From positions 10,726,001 through 10,790,000 of the forward strand of contig NW_026889750.1 of assembly GCF_033153115.1 (NCBI RefSeq): a DNA stretch of 64,000 nucleotides, given 5' to 3'. Each line of letters begins with the position of its first letter. The first letter of the stretch is position 1. Positions 27,801 to 40,000 of this stretch are shown here, in pieces. The stretch is from Saccostrea echinata. Taxonomy: Eukaryota. The notes below the pieces were generated by a model that did not search any database, had not been told where the DNA came from, and was given only the letters and a program-made list of their open reading frames with translations. The position numbers were made by a program, and so were the translations under genes.

Positions 27801-29497
27801 TTATATCTCAATTTGCCGCTGCATTCAAAGAAAGTTTCCCGGAACAAATTCCACGGAAAGAATTGTCATACTGACAATTAAAAAGGATAAAATGTCATAT
27901 AACTATCATATATCTGTGAGAAAGATTGTTTATTTAACAGAGGAGTAGTTCTTGTTCACAGATTCCATTCTTCTGGAAGCATATCAATATGTCGTATAAA
28001 TATTCCACATAACTGACAACAAGTGGAACAATTCATGATTGATCGAACCATTCATGTCAATAAAGGGGGTCACTTTTTATAGAAACTACACAATTATCTG
28101 TGTAAACAATATCTATCTCTCTCTCTCTCTTACCTTAATAACGACATATGAAAAATATTTTAGAGGTTTTTTTTCTAAACATTTAATCAAATTAGCTTAT
28201 TTTAATTAAGCATAATTTTCTTTTCTCTCAATTATCAATACATTTTATTTTTCAATCGGCAAGATAATTATAACTGTTTAATATCATTTCAATAATTCAC
28301 ACTTCTTACATAATTTACCTTTGACCTTTGGCATCAAATCCCATTTGTCTATTCTAGTGTTTACAAATTCTTGCAATAATATATATTGAAAAAAAGGGGA
28401 TTTTTTTGCATCTTGTTTCTTCATATTTGCTTATTAACCATTTACCAAAAAACCTCATTGGTTGCTTTCATTCGCGATTTATGATAATGAGTCATATAGA
28501 GTATGTAGGACTTTTCAGGTTGTCAAATGGTGCTGTCGTGGCTTCATTTTACTGCAAAGGCATTACTTAATTAAATAAATAAGATTATCATACATTTTGT
28601 AGAAGATTCTGCGGTTCCACTTGTCCAATAATCTTGACTTTATACTTTACTGACTTAGTTTACCATAAATAACAGTGAAACACGGTTTGATGACAATTTA
28701 TAATTCAGTTCACTAGCCATTACAATATATTAAACATCAGATAAGACATTAAATCCAGCTTAAACAAGCGTCAAATATATTTTTTATTATGTGTAGGTTA
28801 AGAAGAGCGAATAATCTGGGAGGTTCTTGTTGCTCTATCTGCAATGTACTTCGTAGTTTCTTAATTCAAGTCATAAACACGTCTGCCTGTCGTTTTAGAC
28901 GTGATCCTTAGAATTCTAACTTCCCTGTATTAAGATCCAGGCTTTAATGGATCTTAGATAAACACAACAATATTTTCGCCAATGAATGTAGACGTCTATT
29001 TTGTTGTTTTATCGTTTTAATTCACACCAACGACGAAAATAATTACTAAAATGAACACAATAAATTTTACAAAAAAGGAAAGAAAATAGAAAAAAATAAT
29101 TCCGAGATGCTAAACAGGGAGTATAAATACAAAAATATACTAAGTAATGTGCGCAGATATTGTCTAGGAGGCGAAAAACAAAATAAAACCTGAACAAACA
29201 TGTCAGTATGAGAAATGCAAATCTAGATAATCATAAAAAAAAATTCTCATAACATGTAATAATGTTGTCACTTAGCTGTATCAGGCCTCGTACATGCACA
29301 TAGCGGAAATAGTATTCGTTTCCAGTTCCCAAATGTGATGGCTGAGGGTTTACTTATAATTTTCCGAAAATGTTCTTCATTTTGCAACAAACGCATTTCT
29401 ACGTATATAAAATCATTTGTTTTAAATTAGAATCTTGATTTTATATGTATAAAATGACAAATCAAATTACACCGAATGCAAACCCATCCGCTTCTAA

Positions 29498-29827
29498 GGA
29501 TATACGCAACGTACCTTACCTGCTGGTAATTTTTCAAGATATTCTTAATTTAAGATTATAATGCCAGCAGACGTTGTAGACAAAAATTCAGCATGCATAA
29601 CCAGGGGTTTTGAAAAGATATCAATTGACGAAAATTCTTGTATAATTCAAAGATTAATATACAAATACTAAACATATATTCTAAATGTTTTGTTTATCCA
29701 AACTTGTTTTAGAAGAAGTGTACAGCAGCATATATAGACATTAAAATGTAGCACACAGTTCCTTTAAGTATTGGAACTCTTCAACTCCAGGGAAAAAAAC
29801 AAAGTTCAAACTACGTTGCGTGTGTCC
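29498..29827. mobile_element. Kolobok-like MITE (TTAA target, GG...CC ends)
   Basis: (c)taa-ggatatacgcaacgta versus tacgttgcgtgtgtcc-ttaa inverted ends. Confidence 0.5.
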
Positions 29828-32800
29828 TTAAGTAACTTTATCCGTTATGGTTTTCTGTGTTCATTCTTCAACACTCTGCCTCAGTCACAAAATGGTTATA
29901 TATTCATGTTGATCTAGAGTCAGCAAGTCAAAGACATTTAGATATACGAAAAGCATATATAACATAAGAGCATACATGTAATGGAATACAGTTTGAAAGT
30001 ATAAATATGGGGATGTGAAAACAATCTATCTCAATCGAACTAAAACATCACCATCGAGCTTTTGGATGATTCGTGTTCACCATAAAGAAAAATAGATTTG
30101 ATACAGATCTTAAAACAATTGCACCAACAAACTCCATCACTTAAGTTCAAAAAAAGAAACATGAAATACGCCAAGATGACAGTAATTGCTTAAGGGACTA
30201 TGACATGTGGGGAATCATTTAAATATAAGATAGAGGATCATTACAAAGTCACAGCTGTGGATTGGTTCATCACCTGTGTAAAGTAAAATAAAGAAACACA
30301 AGTGGCATATGAATGCCTCAGCTCTTGAAATTAGGTGTCTCTTGGGTCGCTGAAATTGAAAGGCTAATGAATAATTTAGGAGTATAGCGATAAATTATGT
30401 ACATGTAAGTTTTTCCCCCAATGGTTGTGATGAGGTTACGAAAATGTACAATTCTGGGGAGGGTAAGGGATTATTGTGATAACAAAGCAAGATATTAACA
30501 TAAAAGAAAAATCCTGTTTTGTAGTTGTAATCACCGTGACTTTGGAGTCACGGCCCATAACAGTCTGAGACTTTGATGCACGCCTGATTCTTTAAATAAT
30601 TTAGTGCAGTTTAATGCGACAAAAGACTGTGAAGCAAATTGCAGTCAACCTGAAGTCAACCTTTATGTCAATCAGGTGTCTCGGCTGTGAAGAAGTTTAA
30701 AAAGGAAATATTGTATTTGTTTGAGTCAGCTGAAAACCAATGTAGTTATGTATTAATTCAAAAACCATTTACGGAATATTTAAGGTAGAATTATCTTATT
30801 TTAATCTATAACGATGACTGATCGTATAATATCGTTAGCTTATGCAATTATCTTATTCAAAAATGTGACAAAGGCAAATGGATCGCGGACAAAATATTAT
30901 TAGATCGGTATGAATTTTAAGTTAAAATAAATAAAAATGGTACACGTAGATAACATGACTGGAGTTCATTCATTTGAATTTGAGACAAAATCAAATCGGT
31001 TTTTTCTTCAGTTTTGACGGACGTATCTTTGGTAACATAGAAATGTAAGTTTAAAGAGGTTTTAAAAAATCAAAATGGTTACAGATTTTGCGAAAACAAA
31101 CCCTTTCAAGTTTTAAAATTGTGAAAATTAAAGATAAATTCTGTATTTCAAATAAATTCCAAATTAATATTCTTGTATAAAAGTATACATGTGAAAATTA
31201 ATTACCAGTTAAACGTTCATTGGATGTCATGCAAATTTCTTTGATTATCATAATTAAAACACGTAAATTCTAGAGCAAATAAAAAAGCTCTTATCCACGT
31301 TGTACTTTGTTAATATTTTTCAAAAGATGTGTTTTCCCCTTTTACCTCACCTGTTCTGACTAGGTAAGACGTAGGCAGTGACGGATTAATAAAATCTTGG
31401 GCGGCCTATGAAGGCTCGCCAGAGCTCTTTCCCGTTTCTGTTGTGTTTAAGGTGTTTGCCCTCGGAGGTGCTGGGTCATGGTGCTCGCTCCTCAATTTTA
31501 TTTGTAAATTGGATTTTGGATTTCAAAATCTTCAAAACATTTGCAGATATCTATTAGGTGAGTACGATTGTACTAATTTGCAGTTTAGTTTTTGCTGTAC
31601 AATTATCATTGTTCCTTTTAGTTTGCATCAGAAAGATAGTTTGTCATTTGACTTAATATATTATTTTCAAAATTAAAGGTTTTGAAATAAAAATAGAAAT
31701 TTGTTGAAATTCACCCAGAAAACAAAATAAGATTCTGATATTCGTTTTTATATATAAAAAAGACCAAAGATTTTATCTTTAAGAATTGAGATGTCATATT
31801 AAGTAAGATCAGATATTTGCTTTATCTTCATGTTGACTGGGGTCGGTATATTATTTAAAAAAATATTCATTTGTGATCAATGCTCTTAATGATAATCGAG
31901 GTGTAGGAAGTTTGAATCACAAAAATATCTCTAAAGGCAAATACAAACATAGTTTTGTTTTTTGTTTTTTTTTTAAATCAGAGATTCAGAATTGACTACC
32001 TTTTCTTTTACCATGTACTGTTCAGTTTTACTATGATTGAAAATATTATGTTATTAAGAATTGAATCATATAAATTAAAAAAATAATTGCCAAGTTCTTA
32101 GATGTTATTTTTCATTCTCATTTACATTGTTTTCAAAAATGCATATTGATATTATCAAAGAATTTTTATAATATACTTATAAAGGACACCTGTTAGACTT
32201 GTGGATTAAAATTAAAACTAAGGCTCAATCCCCTCCCCCCTCCAATGAATAAATAAAAAAAAAAAACAAAAAAGACAAAACTGTATGTATATACTGTCTG
32301 TGTATATTATATATACCAGTAGACTGTGATTATTTAGCCAAGAGATGACAGAACAATCCAGCACAACAGTTTAGAAGTGCATCGTCTAGATATTTTTTGA
32401 TAACCACCCAATTACACCCCCCCCCCCTTTTAGGGTGTTTTAATTATAGAATTGGATTCTATATTAACATTTTGTCCAATAAAACTTAAGTCGATGTGCA
32501 CATCTAAGTTATATATCATTGGTCACTTCATCTGAGCCACGGTGAATAGAAAGGTAAAAAGACAATGCGCTTTTCTAATTTCAATATTCTGCTCGTGAAG
32601 TTTATTTGAAATGTTACAAATTACCTCCGAGATTTGTTTGTAAATGAAGTACAGGTATTAAAAGATGTACGTGTGTAGCATGAAAATTACATATTTCTCT
32701 CATTTTATGCATTACATATACCTTCAACAGTCATAGGGTATTAAAAAAAAAGATATACATTTCATATCCTGTGATCAATTACGAAGGTCACGTCTCTCCA

Positions 32801-34954
32801 TCGTTTACAAAAAATTTCATTAAAGACTTATTTCAGGAAGTTAAGTGATGTGGGTTTGCATTTTTTTTTTAACCTTTGATATTATATTGATTAAATCAAA
32901 TCTATCAATATGAATGAATTGACTTAATTTGAGTTAAGAAATCATCGATTTTGCAAAACAATTACAAAATTGTTAATAGTAACCTCCATTTTCGTAGTAA
33001 ATACATGTTTACTTTTATAGTTGAGGACATGGCCCACACACACACATAACAGCATTTTGTATGTTATAAGCTGAAAAAAGACATAAAAAAATCACATTCT
33101 TTAAAAGTAAATGTATTGATTTTTGAAAATTGCAAGCTAATTTAAAGATGGCGCACATTAGTTGTTATAATTATTCACTTAAATTATTTTATTACGGGAG
33201 TAATTGTCTAAATAATTTATTCCAAGTTTAAAAAAAACTTTTACGACGTCGTAGTAAAAATATTCATTTCAATAAATCTATCATCTACTAATGATATTCT
33301 AGTATTTTTATGTGGTCTGTGGACTGATTAAAGAGTTTTTGAATTGGTCTTCTCCACTTGTTTCAATTATGACTAAAATATATTCAATCAATGATCGTCA
33401 GTTCGGTTTTAAAGGCTAATCTGTAAAAAGATCATGATCAGGAATTCGCTTTATTGATTTGAATAATTTGCAAGTTTGAGGTCTGTTAGCGCGAATTTAC
33501 ATTGTACTTGTTCATACTTTAGTTTTGTAAATACTGTATCAATCTAATTTATACAAAGGTCACACGGAGCTAATGAGGTTTTCGTTCATTTGAATACGGG
33601 TGAAAATAGCAGAAATCTATACTTATAAATTAATAAATTTTGCAAATAAACTCCGAAACGGGTGCACCAGAGTTCTTACTTACTCCTTTAACAATACACC
33701 AGATACAAGCTGATGTCCGTAAACTATATTTAGATTTCACTCGCATAGTAAGTATCGTACATTAAATTAAAAGTCTACTTTCATTTTCTATAAACAGCCA
33801 TGAAATAGCTAAAACGTGAGTACGGTGGCGTTTCCGGTTGGCGGATCTAAGTTACTGGCAATTTTTAATGAAACTGACAACAAGCAATCGTTTATTTATT
33901 ACAGAAAACGTCATCACTGAATTATTCAATCAAAACTCGATTTTAAATTATATAAAAGAAATAAGTTGTGATAACCGATTAAAAAGGGAAATGTGCAAAA
34001 TATTTTCGTCATTCACCGATCTTTATATTGACGGAAGCTTCTAGAACATCATATAGCATCGAGCCCGATGTTAAGAAAAAAACGAGGCGATTATAGCTAC
34101 ATGACCATAAAAAAAGCTTTTGTGTAAATAGTCATAATTGAAATAATGGTAAATCACTGATAACACTATAAGTTGTGAATATAATTATATATCGAAAGAC
34201 TATTACATATACATGTATGTAGTAGGTTTTCCTAATAAATTTATCGGTAAAAATTGTATATATTCCTTACTGAGAGCATCGTGGCAACGAACCCGAAGTA
34301 CAATTTGTACTTCGTAATAAGCTTGCTTACATGAAAAGAGAAAATTAATGAATAAGGTATTGTTCAAATACAATTAAAGATGTAATATTTTTTGAGGGGG
34401 GGGGGGGGGCAGAGAGAGAGAGAGGCCAGAAAATATCATTAAAAAAAAAAAAAAATCGGAGAGGGCTACATTATTGCAGCTTAGTCTTTTCTATCAAATA
34501 CTCAGCCTATTCATAGGGCGTTAAAAGCTAATTTTTACACAGGTACTTGGTTTATAAATATGTATGTACCTTATTGATAGGTAAAAAAAATAAGTACCTG
34601 TGATACCCCCCCCCCCAATCATTTATTAGTAAAATGTGCATATTCGTTGCTTTTATCCTTGACGGAAATGAAATAAGAGCATCTGAAGTAAAATATCCAT
34701 AACATAGTATAACAGGTTTCACAATAAACGTCAATTAATGAAATTGCTATTTTTCAAGTTACAAAAAAAACAAAAAAAAATTAATAAAATAAAACAAACA
34801 CAAAAACGAGGGTTGGGGGGGTTGGGGGGTTGGTTGGATAGGTAAATCTACTTCATGCGGGATTTGAACTAAGTATTTGTTCCTGCTATAAGCCTGTAGG
34901 CTGTCAGTAGAGAACTACAATATATTTTCTGTCGGTAGTGGTATAAATTCAATT

Positions 34955-34982
34955 CCCCGCGCTTGCGCGGGATTTCATCTAG
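34955..34982 (+). mobile_element. Helitron-type 3' terminus
   Basis: GC hairpin cccgcgc-tt-gcgcggg followed 7 nt later by CTAG then T; 5' end not located. Confidence 0.6.
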
Positions 34983-35679
34983 TGTAGAATAAAATTTTAT
35001 CAAAATGTATTAAGTTAGTTTTCATTTACATATCTGTGAAGATGAACACATTTCGGCATATTGGAATGTCAACAACAAAATAATTTATGAGTATGATAAT
35101 TAACAATAAGACAATTTATTTCTTTTTCTATCAATCATGAAGTAATTAACGCTTATATCAAGATCTTCAAACACACAGAAGTATATATAATATATACGAC
35201 GTTGTTGATTTTTTGATGCACGCAGGTCAGTGACGGCGAAATTCCGTTTGACAGCTCTGCGCCGCTAAATACCTTGTACAAGTTCTAAAGAATCATCAAA
35301 GTGTGAAAATTTTTGCTAAGAATTTTGACCAAATAACGCTGCATTTAGAAATAGCGATATCCAGGCGAAAACATGTTTACAAACAAATAAAATGCATTCA
35401 AAGAAGGTGCTAAATTTGATATTTGAATGACTTTATCATCGTAAGACATTCACAATTTAATAATAATCAAGAAAGGTTTAGATCAAAATCCATGTCTAAA
35501 AAAAATATACAATCTAACTTGAAGAACTCCAAATGTTTAATTCTCTCACTTTAACACCTTTTGAATTTTTAACTCTCCTAATTACCTATCTTTTATTACA
35601 GAGTAACTTATTTACACGTATATAGACATAGGTTGAAAGCCTTTAGCAAAATGAGCCAGATGTTGTTTAAACTGAACGG

Positions 35680-35822
35680 ATATCACGTGACACAAAAGTG
35701 CACCAATCATACAGTCACATTGACATCAACGCGTCAATCAATTTTGACTTTTGGCCTCTAATTTACATGTTTTCATGCAAAAATTATAAAGATATTAATC
35801 AATGTGTTTTCTTTTCATTCCA
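35680..35822 (+). promoter_or_regulatory. Candidate core promoter of the Pif-like gene
   Basis: TCACGTGA (~35683), CCAAT (~35703), TATAAA at 35785, and Inr-like TCATTC at 35815-35820 about 30 nt downstream; possible 5' UTR intron 35843-35917 ending at ttcag|ATATG. Confidence 0.4.
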
Positions 35823-35919
35823 CAGAGTACTTTGATGCGATCGTAAAGAACAATGCGTTTAATGTTGAGAAAAGTTTTCATAGCCAGGTTTTAAAGTAGT
35901 TCTGTGTTTTATTTCAGAT

Positions 35920-37042
35920 ATGGCAAAAATGGGATTATGGAAGAATAGTTTCAAAGTTGGATTTCTCTTTGTAATGTGTTGTGGTGTTGTGTATAGTGAC
36001 TCCGAAGATGATACAGGTACTACATCCGATAATAGTGACTCGGGGATAACACTCGCAACGACAGTATCATATTCTGCTGGTGAACATACTCCACCTCCAC
36101 AACCTATAGAGGACACATATTATAAAGAGGAGGATGATAATATGAATTTATTTGGAGGGTTTTTGACTGAACTGTATGAGAAAGAAAATGTTGCAAAAGT
36201 AGACGACGGGCAAATCACTTCGGTTCCCTCAACCGGCAAAGTTACAGCCGAAAGCACAGGACATAACGCTGTTCAGGAGCCTAACTTCGTGCCTGATGTG
36301 TATATGTATGATTCAGAAGAAGAAGACGATTTGGATACGCATGGAGGAGAATTTAACATTCTTGAAAAAATAAGTGAACAGTCCTCGAAAAGAGGAAGTG
36401 GTTCAGATGGATCCAGTAGTGCGTCGAGTGAAGAATCCTCATCTAGTGAAAATAATGCAGGTGGAAGCGATGGTGATTTGAACGGAAAATCAGACAGTAT
36501 GTTAAGTTCAAGTGGAGTGGCTCGCGATTCTTACGATGGATCAACAGGTTCAGATAGTTCAAGTAGTGAATCTAAAGGTGGAAATGATGTTAACCGTGTA
36601 TCTGGAGAGTTAGAAGGTGATGAGAAATCCAACAATGGCTTCCGTCTTGCAGCTCCTTCTGGAGACAGCAGCGACGATTCTTCCAATGAAGATTCAGGAG
36701 AAGGGAGCTCTAAGACCAAAAATTGCAAATGTAAGGAGAAAGGAGGAGATGGAGAAAACAATTCTGGATCTAGCGAAAATGGATATGGATCTAACAGTGG
36801 TGGTTCAGGTAGTAGTGACTCAGGCAGTAGTGGATCTTTCAGTGGAAATACAGATGAAGATTTGTCACGTGGTGGAAGAGTCGGAGACCAAGGTGACTCT
36901 AGTAGTGAAGAGAGCTACTATGATTCTTCCTACAGCGAAGAGCACAGTAGTAGTGAAAGTGTTGAAGAACCCGAAAACCCCATAGATAGCCCTAATTCTC
37001 CAGACTCCCCTAAACAAGGACGCGATAACGGCCTTAATAAAG
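35920..37042 (+). CDS. Pif-like exon 1: signal peptide and Ser/Gly/Asp/Glu-rich region
   Basis: Hydrophobic N-terminus VGFLFVMCCGVVYS; many SSSEES/DSSE motifs; donor AAAG|gtatat. Confidence 0.85.
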
Positions 37043-40000
37043 GTATATGTAAATTGTGTTCTTCTAAAATTAATATACCCAGATGTTCACCTGTTCGTTA
37101 ATGTTAATACATTTAGAAAGAAAAATACATTTTAAACATATCATTTTCTTCATGAATATAAGTACTTCTTGCGCTAAATGAGAAATTTTAGATCAATCTT
37201 TGCATTTGATTTCTAGTAGAGAATGATATATGATGTATGATTGGTGACAGCTTTATATATCTTTCAACGGTTCTACAATTTATGATGGTGGTAGTTTTAG
37301 CATGGTTTGCATAAGACAAATAAGCTGGGACATGATTATGCCTGTTCTTTCTTTATTGCATGTACACCTTTCTTTCAGAACGAAAAGACTACGGTACTTC
37401 CATTCATCGTCTTTTCCAACATAACACCAACACTCTCGTAAAAGTAGTGAATAGATATTCCTCTGATACTCCATCTGGTCCTCAGGGAAATGATCTTTCT
37501 CGAAACTTCTACCCTCGCATATCAACTCATGAATCAAAGTCTAGGCCTCCAATAGCATCTTATATTGTCCCAATGTCCACCACACCACCTCCAGTTAGCG
37601 GTGGGCCACCTAGCATCACAGAAATCACACGGAAAGTGCATATACGGGAGTATCTTGAGCCACCTGTTATCCGTGATTACAATCTGACCCCTAAAACCTC
37701 GTTCTGGTTGCCACCGGATGTCGCTAAACCTCCAGAATGGCAGGATCAGAAAGAATGGATAAATATCAAAATTGACTTGGAGAAGCCTGCTCACTGGATA
37801 GAGGATCCCAACTCTAATGGAAGCATTCCTCGTTGGAACATCCCGTATATTCCTCCCGATTGGTTCAAAAAACAAAACGAAAAGCTCACCACCCAGCTTC
37901 ATTTCGAACTAACAACACCTGGTCCCAATATGGTTCACTGGTCACCGAAGCCAAATGAAAATGATAGGACGACACATGTCCCAGAATACTTAGCCAGGAA
38001 ACGAGGTATATACCGATATGCATTGATTTCCAATAATGTCTGTATTTAATTTGTAGGAAGACGTTTCATCCGAGCGATAAACAGATATAGACGATGCAAT
38101 ATGAAAAATACATTCGGTAAACGTTTAAAAGCGCACGAAAGCATGATTGCATGGTTTGTTTTTCATTTTGCATTCTGCATGTTTGGCCAATTAAGGCAAT
38201 GGTTTTGAAAAACTTTGAGATAAGGAAAAAATTGGTATTTAAATACAATGAGCTGTCGCTTTAGCACCACTTCATGCATGCAAATGATTTGACCATTTGA
38301 AAAAAAAAGAGTTAAGTTGTTAAGGGACGTCAATGTTAGTCTAAAACAGTATAACGATTTCTTTTTCTTTCTTCCGTTTTATATATTACTTCATAATTTG
38401 ACGATTACTTAAACTCTTTTTATCTTATTTAATAATTCTTAAGAAGGAAAAGAAACTGTTTGAAGAAAAAATACACTAGTAGTATTTTAAATCGACAAAA
38501 ATAGCCCAAAATAACAGTATCTACATGTATTCCAATTTTCTACAGCAATTCAAAAAGTAGACGTACAACGAAGATAAACATATGCAATGTACCTGCAATT
38601 TAAAGAGAAAACAAAAAATATACTGATAATTAATTAGCATTAATTTGCAAATAAGGTTAATTTACTACAAATAAATTCAAAACAATTAATAAAGTTTTAG
38701 AATTTGTCGGTGGTTGGTAGATTGCCTATTTAGTACCAGAAAGACAAGCGACAAGTTATCCCTTTAGAAACTTTTTGCTTAAATGGCAATTTAGTGGATT
38801 GTTTTTAGACATGTTTATGATATGATAAAGGCAATTATGCATTCTCTTATACAATTTTTACACAGATATTTAGAATTAATAAATTGTGTGGTTTATAATT
38901 ACAGTGTTTACTTAATTTCAAATAAACATCTAGTCATATTATTGCTTTATGCAATAATACAGCATTAAGAATACTTTGTTTTCAAATATTAAAACAATAA
39001 AACACATACATGTGTTCTACGTTTTAAAAATTGTTTTACTTTTACTTCGGCGAACTTCGTTTCTTCGTGTGAACATGCACTTATCTTGATCATACACCAC
39101 TGAAATTTAACGAACAGTCCTTATGATATAATAGTGCCGTATGAATTTCTTGAACTTGAAGTGTTTAAGGTGATTGATTAGAAAACTTTTTTATGCTGTG
39201 TGTTAAACTCTAAAGCCACTCAAAAAGTTCAATTACATGAAAAAGACTTAACTGTCACTTTAAAAGCAAATTGATTAGAACGACAAAGTATTTTCACATA
39301 TATTTTCTCTCAAAAGAATTAATTAAGCAGTTATTGAAGTTTGACGCATATCATTATTTAGACTTGTTATCATTAAAAATGGATTTTAAAAAAACAGATT
39401 TATTTCATTGACAGTTTGCGACAGGAAATTTGACATCGTGTTGGCGATAGACGGTACAGGCAACGAAAAAGACTTTGGATATTTGAAGGGAGCTCTAGTG
39501 CAGCTCCTGGACCGGCTTATCATGGGAGAGAATAAGGTGCAGGTTGGAGTGGTGTTACTGGGTAATAACGACGCTCTACAGATACCCGTCAGTGGAGACC
39601 GCTCAGAACTAGAGGACAGAATAGCTCGATTAGGTTTACCCGAAGATAGCAATAGATATGATATTGGTACGCATTAAAAGGAACTATGGTTTCTTGTATT
39701 TTTTACTCCCCCCCCCCCCTCCCCTCGAGGGCATTAAATTTCATTCGTCTGTGTCTGTATTTTACCAAAAATTAACCTTGGTAATAACTTTTAAATGAAA
39801 GAAGATAAAGCATTCATATTTCACATGTGCATTACCTGTGACCAGAGAACTTTCAGAATATACTATGAATTTTTACCTTAAGACCTTGACCTTGAAGTTT
39901 TAATTACTTTAAAAAAATAATTTGGCATTAACTTTTGAATGAGAGAAGGTAGGGTATTCATGTTCACATATGCATTAACTGTGTCAAGATCTTTCCGATT

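Noticed and set aside
36531-37902. Overlapping alternative-frame and antisense ORFs in Pif-like exons 1-2
   Set aside because: Shadows of the low-complexity real reading frame.
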